The position numbers and the translations under genes are program-made. Shown piece after piece: positions 28,537-42,613 of a stretch of DNA of 64,000 bases. The stretch is taken from contig CAVVLJ010000004.1 in NCBI GenBank assembly GCA_963749075.1, positions 256,001-320,000 of the forward strand, given 5' to 3'. Below the pieces are notes generated by a model. The model did not search any database. It saw nothing but the letters and a program-made list of their open reading frames with translations, and had not been told where the DNA came from. Numbering within the stretch: position 1 is the stretch's first letter; each line of letters begins with the position of its first letter. The DNA is from an uncultured Pseudomonadota bacterium. GTDB lineage: Bacteria; Pseudomonadota; Alphaproteobacteria; JACZXZ01.

Positions 28537-29644
28537 TCAGCCGGCAGCGAGGCCGGCGATGGCCTGGCGCAGGACCTGCCGGCTGCGGAACAGCACCATC
28601 TCCTGCCAGTCGGGCACCTCGGGGTAGAAATGGCGGCGGATCTGCGCCTTGATGCGGCGCGTCTCGGGGGCGGCCCAGTCCGCGTTGCTGTGATTGTGCA
28701 GCCAGTGGTCCTCGCGCAGCGCGCGCTGGCCGGAGGTGTGCGAGGGGTAGGTGCCGTACTCGAGGGCGACGTAGCTCACGCTCTCGCCGAGCTTGCGGTG
28801 CCATTCCTCGCCGGCGAGACCTTGCTTGGGCACCGAGGAGGAGGTGCCGAGGGTGGGCTCGGTGAGCGACTGGCCGTACCACGCCCTGGCGCGCGCGTGG
28901 GCGGCGCCGCCCGGCTCGTCGCCCGAGATCGGCTCGCCGTAGCCGAAGGGGCCGAGCCCGGTGTGGTAGTCGACGACGGCCACGAGCGCGCGCTCGGCCA
29001 GGCGGTGCTCGGCAATGATGCGCTCGAGGGTGCGGCGCGCCCAGGTGGGGGCGGTGCCGCCGTAGAAGGTGCCGCCCGGATGGCGGTACTGGCCGCCGCT
29101 CCTCGCGATGTTGAACTGCCGCTCGCCGTGCCGCGCGCGGTAGTCCTCCAGGCGCTTCATCGCCGCGTCGAAGAGGGGGCCGGAGAGCGCTCTCGGCACG
29201 ACGGCCTCGGCCAGCTCGTCATAGCCCGGGTTCTCCGGCAGGGGCTTGGCGAAATCGACGAAATTGCGGTTGAGGTCGCAGCCCTCCTCGGTCACGCGGC
29301 GCAGCCAGGCGAAACCGTGGGGATTGATGGCGTGGACGAAGAGCATCGCCGTGTCGCGGCCGAGGGGTGCGGCGGCCGGCCCGAGCAGCCAGTCGAGCTG
29401 GGCGCCCGAGCCGCAGAAGCCCTCGACCCCGTGGGTCGCCGAGACGGTGACCAGCACCTTGGCCGCGTCCTGTGGGCCGAACCAGGCGGCATCCGTCGCG
29501 AGCTCCTCGCCCTCCGGCCCGGAAAGCGGATTGCGATAGCTCGTGAGGGTGCCGCCGGCAAGCGCCGCCGCGGCGAGGAACTTTCCGCGCGCGCCGCGGT
29601 AATCGGCCGAGAAACGGGTGGCGAGGCTCGTCTCGAGGCTGCAT
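28537..29644 (-). CDS. M14-like metallopeptidase (DUF2817); start codon out of frame by 1 nt
   Basis: FSADY..AR.KFL, SATHGVEG, INPHGFAWLRR, DLNRNF, DYHTGLG, LEYGT; ATG at 29642-29644 is one base out of frame. Confidence 0.8.
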
Positions 29645-29899
29645 GGCCGGGGTCATCGGGGCCTCTCGTCATGGCGGGTCGGCCGCCATCCTGCCGCCTC
29701 GCGCGGCAAAAGTGAACGGGCGTTTCCCCGGCGCCGGCGGCCGCGGGCACCGCTCGAAGGAGGGGTGCCGCACCGGGGGCTGGCCGCCATCTGGCGGGGG
29801 TGCCGCAATATCCATAGCGGGAACCTGGGCTCCATCGCTATAAGGTAACAGTCCCGGGTTAGTTAATTTGGGATTTAGCCGCTATGTTGGAGGATGGTC

Positions 29900-30109
29900 A
29901 TGCCAGTCGGCACCGTTAAGTGGTTCAATAGCACGAAGGGTTACGGGTTCATTCAGCCGGACAGCGGCGGTGCGGACGTCTTCGTCCACATCTCCGCCGT
30001 CGAGCGCGCCGGAATGAGCGGCTTAGCTGAGGGCCAGAAGGTCTCCTATGAGGAGCAACGCGACCCCAAGCGCGGCAAGACGTCGGCGGAAAACCTGAAG
30101 GCGGTCTGA
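29900..30109 (+). CDS. cspA: Cold-shock protein
   Basis: GTVKWFN, KGYGFI (RNP1), VFVHIS (RNP2); GGAGG SD. Confidence 0.95.
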   Translation: MPVGTVKWFNSTKGYGFIQPDSGGADVFVHISAVERAGMSGLAEGQKVSYEEQRDPKRGKTSAENLKAV

Positions 30110-30208
30110 CCCGCCGGATCCGGCATTGCCGGAAGGGCGCCGGCTCAGCGGTGCCCTTCCGGCATCGGCTCCCGGCCATGGCGGACCGCTTTCAAGAGGA
30201 GAGCTTCA

Positions 30209-30370
30209 ATGGCCTTCAAGCCCAACTACAACCAGCAGCGCGCGGAGCGCACGCGGGCGCGCGAGCAGAAGAAGCAAGCCAAGCTGCAGCGCCGGCAGGA
30301 AGAGGCCGCCAAGCGCGCGGACGAGCGCCAAGCGCAGCAGAGCTCGAACGACGGCGCCGAGAACAGCTGA
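30209..30370 (+). CDS. Small charged protein, 53 aa (MAFKPNYNQQRAERTRAREQKKQAKLQRRQEE...)
   Basis: Not in the ORF track; GAGGAG SD, host-like codons, co-oriented with csp. Confidence 0.75.
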   Translation: MAFKPNYNQQRAERTRAREQKKQAKLQRRQEEAAKRADERQAQQSSNDGAENS

Positions 30371-30395
30371 ACCCGGCGACAATCGGAGAACGCCC

Positions 30396-30623
30396 GTGGC
30401 CCGCAAGAAGCAACAGGTCGGCAGCGCCTTCGTGCTCTTCAACGTCGTCTACGAGGACGGCGCGCGCACCTCGAACCGCAAGGTGCCCGGCACCGAAGTC
30501 GGCGGGCTCGACGGCGACGGCCCGGCGCGCGGCTTCATCGAGGCGCAGGACCGCAAGATCGCCGAGATGTCGGGCACTCTGCGCGGCCCGATCAAGTCGA
30601 TCACCCGCTCGCCCGCATCGTGA
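30396..30623 (+). CDS. Small hypothetical protein, 75 aa (LFNVVYEDGARTSNRKVP)
   Basis: GTG start with GGAG SD; globular-looking sequence. Confidence 0.78.
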   Translation: MARKKQQVGSAFVLFNVVYEDGARTSNRKVPGTEVGGLDGDGPARGFIEAQDRKIAEMSGTLRGPIKSITRSPAS

Positions 30624-30812
30624 GCGCCAAGGCCGCGAGGCGGCCCTCGCTTTGAGAGAGCTTCCGCCGGGCTGAGCCGCGTCCGGCCTGCAGCGTCCGC
30701 CGTCTCGTCCCGCTTCAGCCATGGCGGTCTCCGCTTGCACCGGCTCGAGCGCCGAAGCGGGCACACGCGAAATATGCACCGCCTCGCGCCCGGCCACGAC
30801 CATGATGCAAGC

Positions 30813-31100
30813 TCAGTCGAGCGCAATTGGAGACCAGCTCACTGCGGCGTTGAACAGGGCGGCGCGGACCTTGGAAACGTCATAGGACGCCCCAAAGAGG
30901 CTGAGGGTCTCCGGCGTCGTTCCCTGGACAACGACGATATCGGCGACTTGCTCGCCGTGTTTCGATAATATGCGCTGGCGCAGCTTGTTAGCGATATCGT
31001 CGATCTCAGCGAGATCGAGAATTTCTCCGACGACGCGCACGATGTGAATAACCTTGCGAGGCCGATCGAGCACCGTCCCATAGATCAGCTGATGTGCCAT
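30813..31100 (-). CDS. Hypothetical protein, 95 aa
   Basis: Balanced, protein-like composition; somewhat lower GC. Confidence 0.65.
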   Translation of the reverse strand: MAHQLIYGTVLDRPRKVIHIVRVVGEILDLAEIDDIANKLRQRILSKHGEQVADIVVVQGTTPETLSLFGASYDVSKVRAALFNAAVSWSPIALD

Positions 31101-31458
31101 GGCAGCTCATGCGTTCCGAAGATTGCGCTCGGCGAATTGATAACGGCGCCGCCGAAGGTGATCTCGATCGCGGTGGAGAGTACGTACGGCGCCTCGCCAA
31201 CTCAATGCATTTTTACTAGCGCGCAAACGAACGAGACTGTCTCGGAGGAGCGAAAGGCGACGCGATTATTATTATCGCGGAAATTGGCAAAAACATTTTG
31301 TCATAGCCAAAGGCTATATATTCGCCTTCTGCCCCTTGCGGGGAACATCCGGCTTCACGTCGAAAGACGACCCGAGGACGCCGCTCCGGCCGGAGGCCGG
31401 CCGGTGGAAAGGCGACGGGCCGTTTCCAAGCGGGTGCCTCGGCCGCTAGAATGCGGCC

Positions 31459-31818
31459 ATGGCCAAGCTCACGCTCCGCGTCGAGTTCGGGCCGGAGCAG
31501 GCACTCGGGCCCGGCAAGATCCGCCTCCTCGAGCTGGTGCGCGACACCGGCTCGATCTCCGCCGCCGGGCGGGCGATGAACATGTCCTACCGCCGCGCCT
31601 GGCTGCTCATCGACAGCATGAACCGCTGCTTTAGCGAGCCGGTGGTGGCGACCCAGCTCGGCGGCCGCGCGGGCGGCGGTGCGGCGCTCACCGCCCTCGG
31701 CGCCGCGGTGGTCGAGCACTACCGCGCCATCGAGCGCGCGGCGGCGCGGGCGGCGGCACGGCACCTGGCTCTCCTCAGCGGCAAGCTCGCCGGCGGCGCG
31801 CGCCGCCGCAGCACCTGA
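31459..31818 (+). CDS. modE: ModE-family winged-helix regulator (no TOBE domain)
   Basis: LGPGKIRLL, GSISAAGRAMNMSYRRAW, GGRAGGGAALT. Confidence 0.9.
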   Translation: MAKLTLRVEFGPEQALGPGKIRLLELVRDTGSISAAGRAMNMSYRRAWLLIDSMNRCFSEPVVATQLGGRAGGGAALTALGAAVVEHYRAIERAAARAAARHLALLSGKLAGGARRRST

Positions 31819-31831
31819 GCGGTGCGCGCGC

Positions 31832-32656
31832 CTATTTGAGGACGGTGAAGCCCTGCTTCTCGAAGAGCGGCCGGGCCTTCGCCCCCTCGAGATAGTCGAG
31901 GAAGGCGGCGGCGGCCGGGCTCTTCGAGCTCGCGGTGAGTGCCGCCGGGTAGATGATCGGCGGGTGCGTCTCCTCCGGGAAGACGCCGACGACCGCGACG
32001 TCGGGCTCGGCCGCCGCGTCGGTCCGGTAGACGATGCCGAAGGGCGCCTCGCTGCGCGCCACCAGGGCGAGCGCCACGCGCACGTTCTCGGCTTGCGCGA
32101 TCTTGCCCTCGACGGCACTCCACACGCCGAGCTTCTCGAGCGCCGCCTTGCCGTACTTGCCCGCCGGCACGGCGCTCGTGTCGGCCATGGCGAGCTTGCC
32201 GTCGCCGAGAAGGGCCGCGAGCGGGAACCCCGGCTTGATCTCCACCTTGCGGCCCGCAGCCGACTTCGGCGCCACCAGGACGAGCTCGTTGCCGAGGAGG
32301 TTCTTGCGGCTCGCGGGTACGATGAGGTTGCGCTTGGCGAGGTAATCCATCCAGTCGAGGTCGGCCGAGATGAAGATGTCGGCGGGGGCGCCGGCCTCGA
32401 TCTGCTTGGCCAGCGCCGAGCTCGCGGCATAGGAGATGGCGGTCTCCTTGCCGGTCTCGCGCCGGTACTGCGCGGCAACGTCGTCGAGCGCGTTCTTCAG
32501 GCTGGCGGCGGCGAAGACGAGGGTCGGCTTCTCCTGCGCTGCCGCGGGTGTTCCGAGTGTCGCTGCGAGTGCCGCGAGGACGGAAAGCGCCATTGCCGCC
32601 AGGACCCAATTCCGCAATGCCGCCAGCGGCCGCCAATTTGCGCGCGGTGCCCGCAT
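31832..32656 (-). CDS. modA: Molybdate ABC transporter substrate-binding protein
   Basis: VFAAASL, AASSALAKQIE.GAPAD, VPAGKY, ENVR, GIVY.TD, PIIYP. Confidence 0.93.
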   Translation of the reverse strand: MRAPRANWRPLAALRNWVLAAMALSVLAALAATLGTPAAAQEKPTLVFAAASLKNALDDVAAQYRRETGKETAISYAASSALAKQIEAGAPADIFISADLDWMDYLAKRNLIVPASRKNLLGNELVLVAPKSAAGRKVEIKPGFPLAALLGDGKLAMADTSAVPAGKYGKAALEKLGVWSAVEGKIAQAENVRVALALVARSEAPFGIVYRTDAAAEPDVAVVGVFPEETHPPIIYPAALTASSKSPAAAAFLDYLEGAKARPLFEKQGFTVLK

Positions 32657-32679
32657 GTCGATCCTCCTCGATCTTGCCA

Positions 32680-32703
32680 CGCTGTATTCGACAAAATATA
32701 TCG
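32680..32703. promoter_or_regulatory. ModE box
   Basis: CGCTGTAT-N8-ATATATCG between divergent modA and the binding-protein gene; resembles CGyTATAT-N8-ATATArCG. Confidence 0.7.
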
Positions 32704-32762
32704 CCCGCGCCGTAAAGAAAAGCGATACTGTGGTCCTCCGCGGTGGAGACGGGGGCGTGGCG

Positions 32763-33842
32763 ATGACGGGAAAGGGCAAGCGCCTCGCGGCAGCGCTCGC
32801 GGTCGCCGTGCTGGCCGCTGTCCTGGCAGCGCCCGCGCATCCTGCGCGCGCGCAAACGCCCTCGGGTGGCGATCGCGCGGTGACGGACGCCGCCGGGCGG
32901 CAGGTGCGGCTGCCTCGGCACATCGCGCGCGTCTTCGCCGCCGGCCTGCCGGCGGCGGTGGCACTCTATGCCGTGGCGCCCGAGAAGCTCGTCGGCTGGC
33001 CGCGCGCGTTGAGCGACGAAGAGAAGCGCCTGCTGCCCGGGCGCTACGCGGGCTTGCCCGTCACAGGGCGGCTGACCGGGCGGAACGGCGAGGGGGCGCT
33101 CGACGCGGTCAAGGCGCAGCACCCGGACCTCATTCTCGACATCGGCACCGTCAACGGCAGGTACGCGGCGCTGGCGGATCGGGTGCAGGAGCGCACGGGC
33201 GTGCCCTATCTCCTCCTCGACGGCAGCCTCGCGGGCAGCGGCGCGCTCTATCGCCGGCTCGGCGATGTCCTCGGCGTGCCGGAGCAGGCGGCCGCTCTTG
33301 CGCGCGACGCCGACGCGACGCTCGCCGAGGCAGCACGGCGGCTCGCGGCGGTGCCGCCGGAGCGGCGGCCGCGCATCTACTACGGCCGCGGCGCCGACGG
33401 CCTGGAGACCGCACCCCAGGGCTCGATCGTCGCCGAGATCCTGGAGGCGGTGGGTGCCGTCAATGTCGCGGGCAATGTCGCCGGCGCCGGCAAGGGCACG
33501 TTCGTCAAAGTGACGGCGGATCAGCTCCGCGGCTGGGACCCGGACGCGATCCTCACGAGCGACACCGCCTTCGGCCGCGCGCTCGGGAGCGACCCGCAGT
33601 GGCAGACTTTGCGCGCCGTGCGCGGCAAGCGCATCTATGTGGCGCCCCGGTTTCCCTTCGCCTGGATCGACGAGCCGCCGGGCGTCAACCGCCTCGTCGG
33701 CGTCAAGTGGCTGCTGGCGCTGCTCTATCCCGACCCGGCGCTGGACGACGTGAAGGAGGCCGCGGCCGATTTCTACGAGCGCGTCTATCATCGGCGGCCA
33801 AGCGCGGAAGAGCTCGCCGGGCTGCTCGCCCCGTCACCCTAG
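32763..33842 (+). CDS. Class III (iron/B12-type) periplasmic binding protein, possibly MolA-like
   Basis: Signal peptide, VTDAAGRQV, PDLI, WDPD.I, PFAWIDEPP..NRL.G. Confidence 0.8.
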   Translation: MTGKGKRLAAALAVAVLAAVLAAPAHPARAQTPSGGDRAVTDAAGRQVRLPRHIARVFAAGLPAAVALYAVAPEKLVGWPRALSDEEKRLLPGRYAGLPVTGRLTGRNGEGALDAVKAQHPDLILDIGTVNGRYAALADRVQERTGVPYLLLDGSLAGSGALYRRLGDVLGVPEQAAALARDADATLAEAARRLAAVPPERRPRIYYGRGADGLETAPQGSIVAEILEAVGAVNVAGNVAGAGKGTFVKVTADQLRGWDPDAILTSDTAFGRALGSDPQWQTLRAVRGKRIYVAPRFPFAWIDEPPGVNRLVGVKWLLALLYPDPALDDVKEAAADFYERVYHRRPSAEELAGLLAPSP

Positions 33843-33882
33843 GACAGCGCGCCCGCGGCGCGCCGCAAGGAGGCACCAGCTC

Positions 33883-34092
33883 ATGCGGATCAGTGCGCGC
33901 AACGCCCTCAAGGGCAGGATCACCGGCATCAAGCGCGGCGCGGTCATGGCGCAAGTGAGCGTCGACATCGGCGGCGGCAACCGCGTGCTCTCCGCGATCT
34001 TCGTCGATTCGGTCGACGATCTCGGGCTCAAGGAGGGCGACGAGGTGCTGGCCGTCGTCAAATCGACCGACGTGATGATCGCCAAAGCATGA
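33883..34092 (+). CDS. mop: Molbindin/TOBE protein
   Basis: ISARNALKG...LGLKEGD...VKSTDV. Confidence 0.88.
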   Translation: MRISARNALKGRITGIKRGAVMAQVSVDIGGGNRVLSAIFVDSVDDLGLKEGDEVLAVVKSTDVMIAKA

Positions 34093-34907
34093 GCCGGGCG
34101 CCGGCCGCCGTCTCCTCGACCTACCAGGCGAGCGACGGCGCCGCTTACGAGCGCTTCATGGGCCGCTGGACGGCCCGCCTCGGCGAGCCCTTCGCCGAGT
34201 TTGCCCGGTTGCCCGACGGCGACCGGCTCGACGTGGGTTGCGGCACCGGCAGCCTCGCGGCCGTGCTCGCGCGGACGATGCTGCGCGGGCAAGTCGTCGG
34301 CATCGACCTCTCGGCACCCTACGTCGCCTATGCGCGTGCGCACAACACGGCCGAGCGCCTCAGCTTCGAGACGGCCGACGCCTGCTCCTTGCGCTTCGCC
34401 GAGGGCTGCTTCGCCGCAGCGCTCGCCCAGCTCGTGCTGAATTTCGTGCCCGATGCCGAGGCGGCCGCCGCCGAGATGCGGCGGGTGACGCGGCCGGGAG
34501 GTGTGGTGGCCGCCGCCGTCTGGGACTTCCGCGGCGGCCTCGTCTACCAGCGCCTCTTCTGGGATACGGCCGCCGGCCTCGACCCCACGGCCGGCGCCGC
34601 GCGCGACCGGCTCTTCTCGCATGCCCTGGCGCTGCCGGACGGTCTGCCTCAGCTGTGGCGCCGCATCGGCCTCGCCGGCATCGAGCGGGCCTCGCTCACG
34701 GTCCGCATGGACTACGCGAGCTTCGCCGATTATTGGCAGCCGCTCCTCGGCGGCCAGGGACCGCTCGGGAGCTACGTGCAAGGGCTGCCGCCGGACATGC
34801 GCAAGACGCTCGAGGCGCGCGTCAAGGCCGCCTATCTCTCGGGTGCCCCCGACGGCCCGCGCTCGCTCGCGGCCAGCGCCTGGGCCGTGCGCGGCGTCGT
34901 GGTGTAG
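34089..34907 (+). CDS. Class I SAM-dependent methyltransferase
   Basis: YERFMGRW, LDVGCGTG, LVLNFVPD, RPGG; ATGA overlap with mop. Confidence 0.9.
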   Translation: MSRAPAAVSSTYQASDGAAYERFMGRWTARLGEPFAEFARLPDGDRLDVGCGTGSLAAVLARTMLRGQVVGIDLSAPYVAYARAHNTAERLSFETADACSLRFAEGCFAAALAQLVLNFVPDAEAAAAEMRRVTRPGGVVAAAVWDFRGGLVYQRLFWDTAAGLDPTAGAARDRLFSHALALPDGLPQLWRRIGLAGIERASLTVRMDYASFADYWQPLLGGQGPLGSYVQGLPPDMRKTLEARVKAAYLSGAPDGPRSLAASAWAVRGVVV

Positions 34908-34938
34908 CGCCGATCCGCCGCCGCGGCGCTGCTCCGCT

Positions 34939-35361
34939 CTATTTGCCGAACATCTTCTGCAGGTTCTTGAACCCGGCCTCGTAGATGCCGCGGATCGCCT
35001 TGACCGCCTCGCTCTCCGGAGCGCCAGTGGCCGTGAACTCGCTCGACCACTCGACGCTGCAGCTCGCCGCATCCTTGCCCGGGCGCACCTTGATCCGGGA
35101 GCGGTAGGCGCTCACCGGCAGCGGGCTCTCGACGATGGAGTAGCTGTAGCTGTGCCCCTTGTCGTCGCTGCTCTCGAGCCGCTCGAGGATGGTCCCTCCG
35201 CCGCGCAGCGAGAGCTTGCGCACGGTGGCGCCGCCCTCCTTCAGCTCCTCGCTCTTCTCGACCGCGGGATGCCATCGCGCGAGCGCATTGAAGTTGCCGA
35301 TCACGGCCCACACCGCATCCGCCGGGACCGGAAGCTCGGTCGTCATGTTGACTTTCGCCAT
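34939..35361 (-). CDS. SRPBCC/polyketide cyclase family protein
   Basis: VWAVIGNF..L..WHP, ERL, YSYSI, IYEAG. Confidence 0.85.
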   Translation of the reverse strand: MAKVNMTTELPVPADAVWAVIGNFNALARWHPAVEKSEELKEGGATVRKLSLRGGGTILERLESSDDKGHSYSYSIVESPLPVSAYRSRIKVRPGKDAASCSVEWSSEFTATGAPESEAVKAIRGIYEAGFKNLQKMFGK

Positions 35362-35391
35362 TCTCTTCTCCCTTGCCGAGTGCTTTCGCGC

Positions 35392-37566
<2,175 letters not shown>

Positions 37567-37642
37567 GGCCCCATTATATGGGATGGCGCGGCGCCTAAGC
37601 GAGGGGCTGTGCCGGGGCGGCGGCTCTGCCATAATCGCGGGC

Positions 37643-38671
37643 GTGAGTGCCGATGACGCCATGGTGATCGAGACGGTCGAGATGCATACGGGCGGCGAGC
37701 CCGTGCGCATCGTGGCCGCCGGCTACCCGCCGGTCGAGGGCTCGACCATCCTCGAGAAGCGCCGCTACGCGCGCGAGCGGCTCGACGAGCTCAGGCGCAT
37801 GCTGATGTTCGAGCCGCGCGGACACGCCGACATGTACGGCGTCATCCCGGTCGAGCCCGACTTGCCCGAGGCCGACATGGCCGTGCTCTTCATGCACAAC
37901 GAGGGCTACTCGACCATGTGCGGCCACGCGGTGATCGCCCTCGGGCGCTACGCCGTCGACCGCGGCATCGTGACGGCGGCGGTGCCCGAGACCGAAGTCA
38001 GGATCCAGTGCCCCTGCGGCCTGGTGCGCGCCAGGGTCGAGGTCGAGGAGGGGCCCGCCGGGCCGCTCAGCGGCGCCGTCGCCTTCGAGAGCGTGCCGGC
38101 CTTCGCCTACGCCCTCGATGCCGAGGTCGAGGTGCCCGGCCACGGCCGTCTCAGGCTCGACATCGGTTACGGCGGCGCCTTCTACGCGGTGGTGCCGGCG
38201 GAGCGCCTCGGCCTCGATGTAAAGCGCTCGCCGGTCGCCGCCCTGGTCGAGGCGGCCGACCGGGTGACCCTTGCCGCCAAGGCGCAGATACCCATCGAGC
38301 ACCCGGGCGATGCGGACCTCGCCTTCCTCTACGGCACCATCCTCAGCGACGGGCGCGACGCCCTCGAGGAGGCCGCCACGGCGAACGTCTGCGTCTTCGC
38401 GGCGCGCGAGGTCGACCGCAGCCCGACGGGGAGCGGCGTGATCGCGCGCATCGCCTTGCAGGCCGCGCGCGGGCTGATCGAGCTCGGCGAGCGCCGCCGC
38501 TTCGAGAGCCTGACCGGCGCCATCTTCACCGGCAGGCCGCTCACGCGCACGCGTGCCGGGCGCTTCGAGGCGGTCACCGTCGAGGTCGCCGGCCGCGCCC
38601 ACTACACCGGCTCCGCCCGCTTCACCCGCGAGCCCGACGATCTCCTGGGCGGCGGCTTCCTGCTGCGCTAG
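37643..38671 (+). CDS. Proline racemase family, Cys/Thr type (trans-3-hydroxy-L-proline dehydratase-like)
   Basis: [23 protein letters not shown]. Confidence 0.85.
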   Translation: MSADDAMVIETVEMHTGGEPVRIVAAGYPPVEGSTILEKRRYARERLDELRRMLMFEPRGHADMYGVIPVEPDLPEADMAVLFMHNEGYSTMCGHAVIALGRYAVDRGIVTAAVPETEVRIQCPCGLVRARVEVEEGPAGPLSGAVAFESVPAFAYALDAEVEVPGHGRLRLDIGYGGAFYAVVPAERLGLDVKRSPVAALVEAADRVTLAAKAQIPIEHPGDADLAFLYGTILSDGRDALEEAATANVCVFAAREVDRSPTGSGVIARIALQAARGLIELGERRRFESLTGAIFTGRPLTRTRAGRFEAVTVEVAGRAHYTGSARFTREPDDLLGGGFLLR

Positions 38672-38825
38672 CGGCCCGTTTCCAACGGGCGACTCGCATG
38701 TCCAACGAACGTCATGGCCGTCCCCCGGGTCGAAGAGCCCCGGGGCGCGCATGACGGCATAGATTGGCGACCAAATGTCAGAATCGCTGCTCGAGCGGCG
38801 GCAGACTGGCGGCCGCGCCGGACCC

Positions 38826-39077
38826 CTAATGGCCGGGTTCGGCATTGGCCTCCCACTCAACGTCGAGCGGCGCGATGATGTTGCCCTTTATGGTCACGCT
38901 GCCGGCCATCCAGCCGAACAAATCTACCGGCCGCTCGTCGGCCGGCACCAGTTTGGCAACTGGCTTGCCTCGCTTGGTGATGAGGATTGGCGTGCGGCGG
39001 CGTGCCACCTCGTCCATGAGGCGTAGGCAATCCGCCTTGAAGCGGGCGGCCGGGACTCGGCGGATGTGCTTGTCCAT
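38826..39077 (-). CDS. Phd/YefM family antitoxin (orphan)
   Basis: AARFKADCLRLMDEV...ITKRGKPVAKLVP; GGAG SD. Confidence 0.88.
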   Translation of the reverse strand: MDKHIRRVPAARFKADCLRLMDEVARRRTPILITKRGKPVAKLVPADERPVDLFGWMAGSVTIKGNIIAPLDVEWEANAEPGH

Positions 39078-39323
39078 AAGCAATCTCCTTGGTCCCTCTA
39101 ATGTCGCCATATAACACGCCCACGGCGTTGCAGCATGGAGACGCTTGGGGAGCCGGCGCCGAGTTCGCGCCCAGCGTCAAGGACGGCATCAAAAGACGGC
39201 ATCAAAAGACTTGGCTCGATCGGGGCGCGCGTTCATATTGCAGAGAGCGCAATCGGCCGCGGCATTCGGCCGGCCGATGCCGCCCATCGCGGTTCCGGCG
39301 GAGCGCGCCAGGGAGCAGCTCGC

Positions 39324-41514
<2,191 letters not shown>

Positions 41515-41529
41515 GCGCGTACACCGGCC

Positions 41530-42450
41530 ATGCGCATCGCGGTCATGGCGGCAGGCGGGGTGGGCGGCTATTTCGGGGCGCGCCTCGCGGCGGCGGGGGA
41601 GGAGGTGCATTTCCTCGCCCGCGGCGCCCATCTCGCGGCCTTGCGCGAGCATGGCCTGATCCTCGAGAGCGCCAACGGCAACCTCAAGCTCCAACCGGTC
41701 GATGCCACCGACGACGCGCGCGCGATCGGCCCGGTCGACACGGTGCTCTTTGCCGTCAAGCTGTGGGACACGGAGGCCGCCGGCGAGGCCGCGAAGCCCC
41801 TCATCGGCCGCGACACGGCGGTCGTGACGTTGCAGAACGGCGTCGACAGCAGCGCCCGCCTCGCCGCCATCCTGGGTGCCGCTCACGTCATGGGCGGTGC
41901 CGCCTATATCGCCACCACCATCGCGGCACCCGGCGTCATCAGGCAGACCGGCACCATGGCGCGGATCGTCTTCGGCGAGCTCGACGGCAAGAAGACCGCA
42001 CGCGGCGAGGCGCTCCTCGCCGCCTGCCGCAAGGCCGGCATCGACGCCGTGCTCTCCGACAACATCGTGCGGGACATCTGGGCGAAGTTTGCCCTGCTCG
42101 CCTCCTTCAGCGGCGTCACCGGCGTGACGCGCAAGCCCATGGGCGCCATCCGCGGCGAGCCCGCGACGCGCGAGCTCCTGCTCGGCGCGATCCGGGAAGT
42201 GGTGTCGCTCGCCACGGCCAAGGGGGTGGATCTCGGCGCCGATTTCATGGCGCGGCAGAGTGCCGCCATAGCCGCCATGCCGGCCGAGATGAAAGCCTCC
42301 ATGCTGGTCGACCTCGAGCGCGGCAACAGGCTCGAGCTCGAGTGGCTCTCGGGCGCTGTGGCGCGGCTCGGCCAAGAGGCGGGCGTTCCGACCCCGATCC
42401 ATCATTTCATCGTGGCGGCCTTGAAGCTCCATGCTGCGGGGGCGAAATAG
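41530..42450 (+). CDS. panE: 2-dehydropantoate 2-reductase
   Basis: AGGVGGYFG, AVK, LQNG, W.K, SM.VDL..G..LE. Confidence 0.88.
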   Translation: MRIAVMAAGGVGGYFGARLAAAGEEVHFLARGAHLAALREHGLILESANGNLKLQPVDATDDARAIGPVDTVLFAVKLWDTEAAGEAAKPLIGRDTAVVTLQNGVDSSARLAAILGAAHVMGGAAYIATTIAAPGVIRQTGTMARIVFGELDGKKTARGEALLAACRKAGIDAVLSDNIVRDIWAKFALLASFSGVTGVTRKPMGAIRGEPATRELLLGAIREVVSLATAKGVDLGADFMARQSAAIAAMPAEMKASMLVDLERGNRLELEWLSGAVARLGQEAGVPTPIHHFIVAALKLHAAGAK

Positions 42451-42613
42451 CGCCACCCGGGCACCCCCGCGATTCCCCTTGCATCGGGGCGGCCCTGTTG
42501 AAAACATAAGTGTCGCGAACGCCGCCGGCCGGCGGGTGAGGCGCGCCCATGGGCTCGTACCGCCGGCCGCAAGACGGCGGAGCCAGGGCTTGATCATTCA
42601 GGGAGTGGCACCC

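Noticed and set aside
39182-39210. 13-bp tandem duplication GACGGCATCAAAA x2
   Set aside because: Only two copies in an intergenic region; likely slippage, no function supportable
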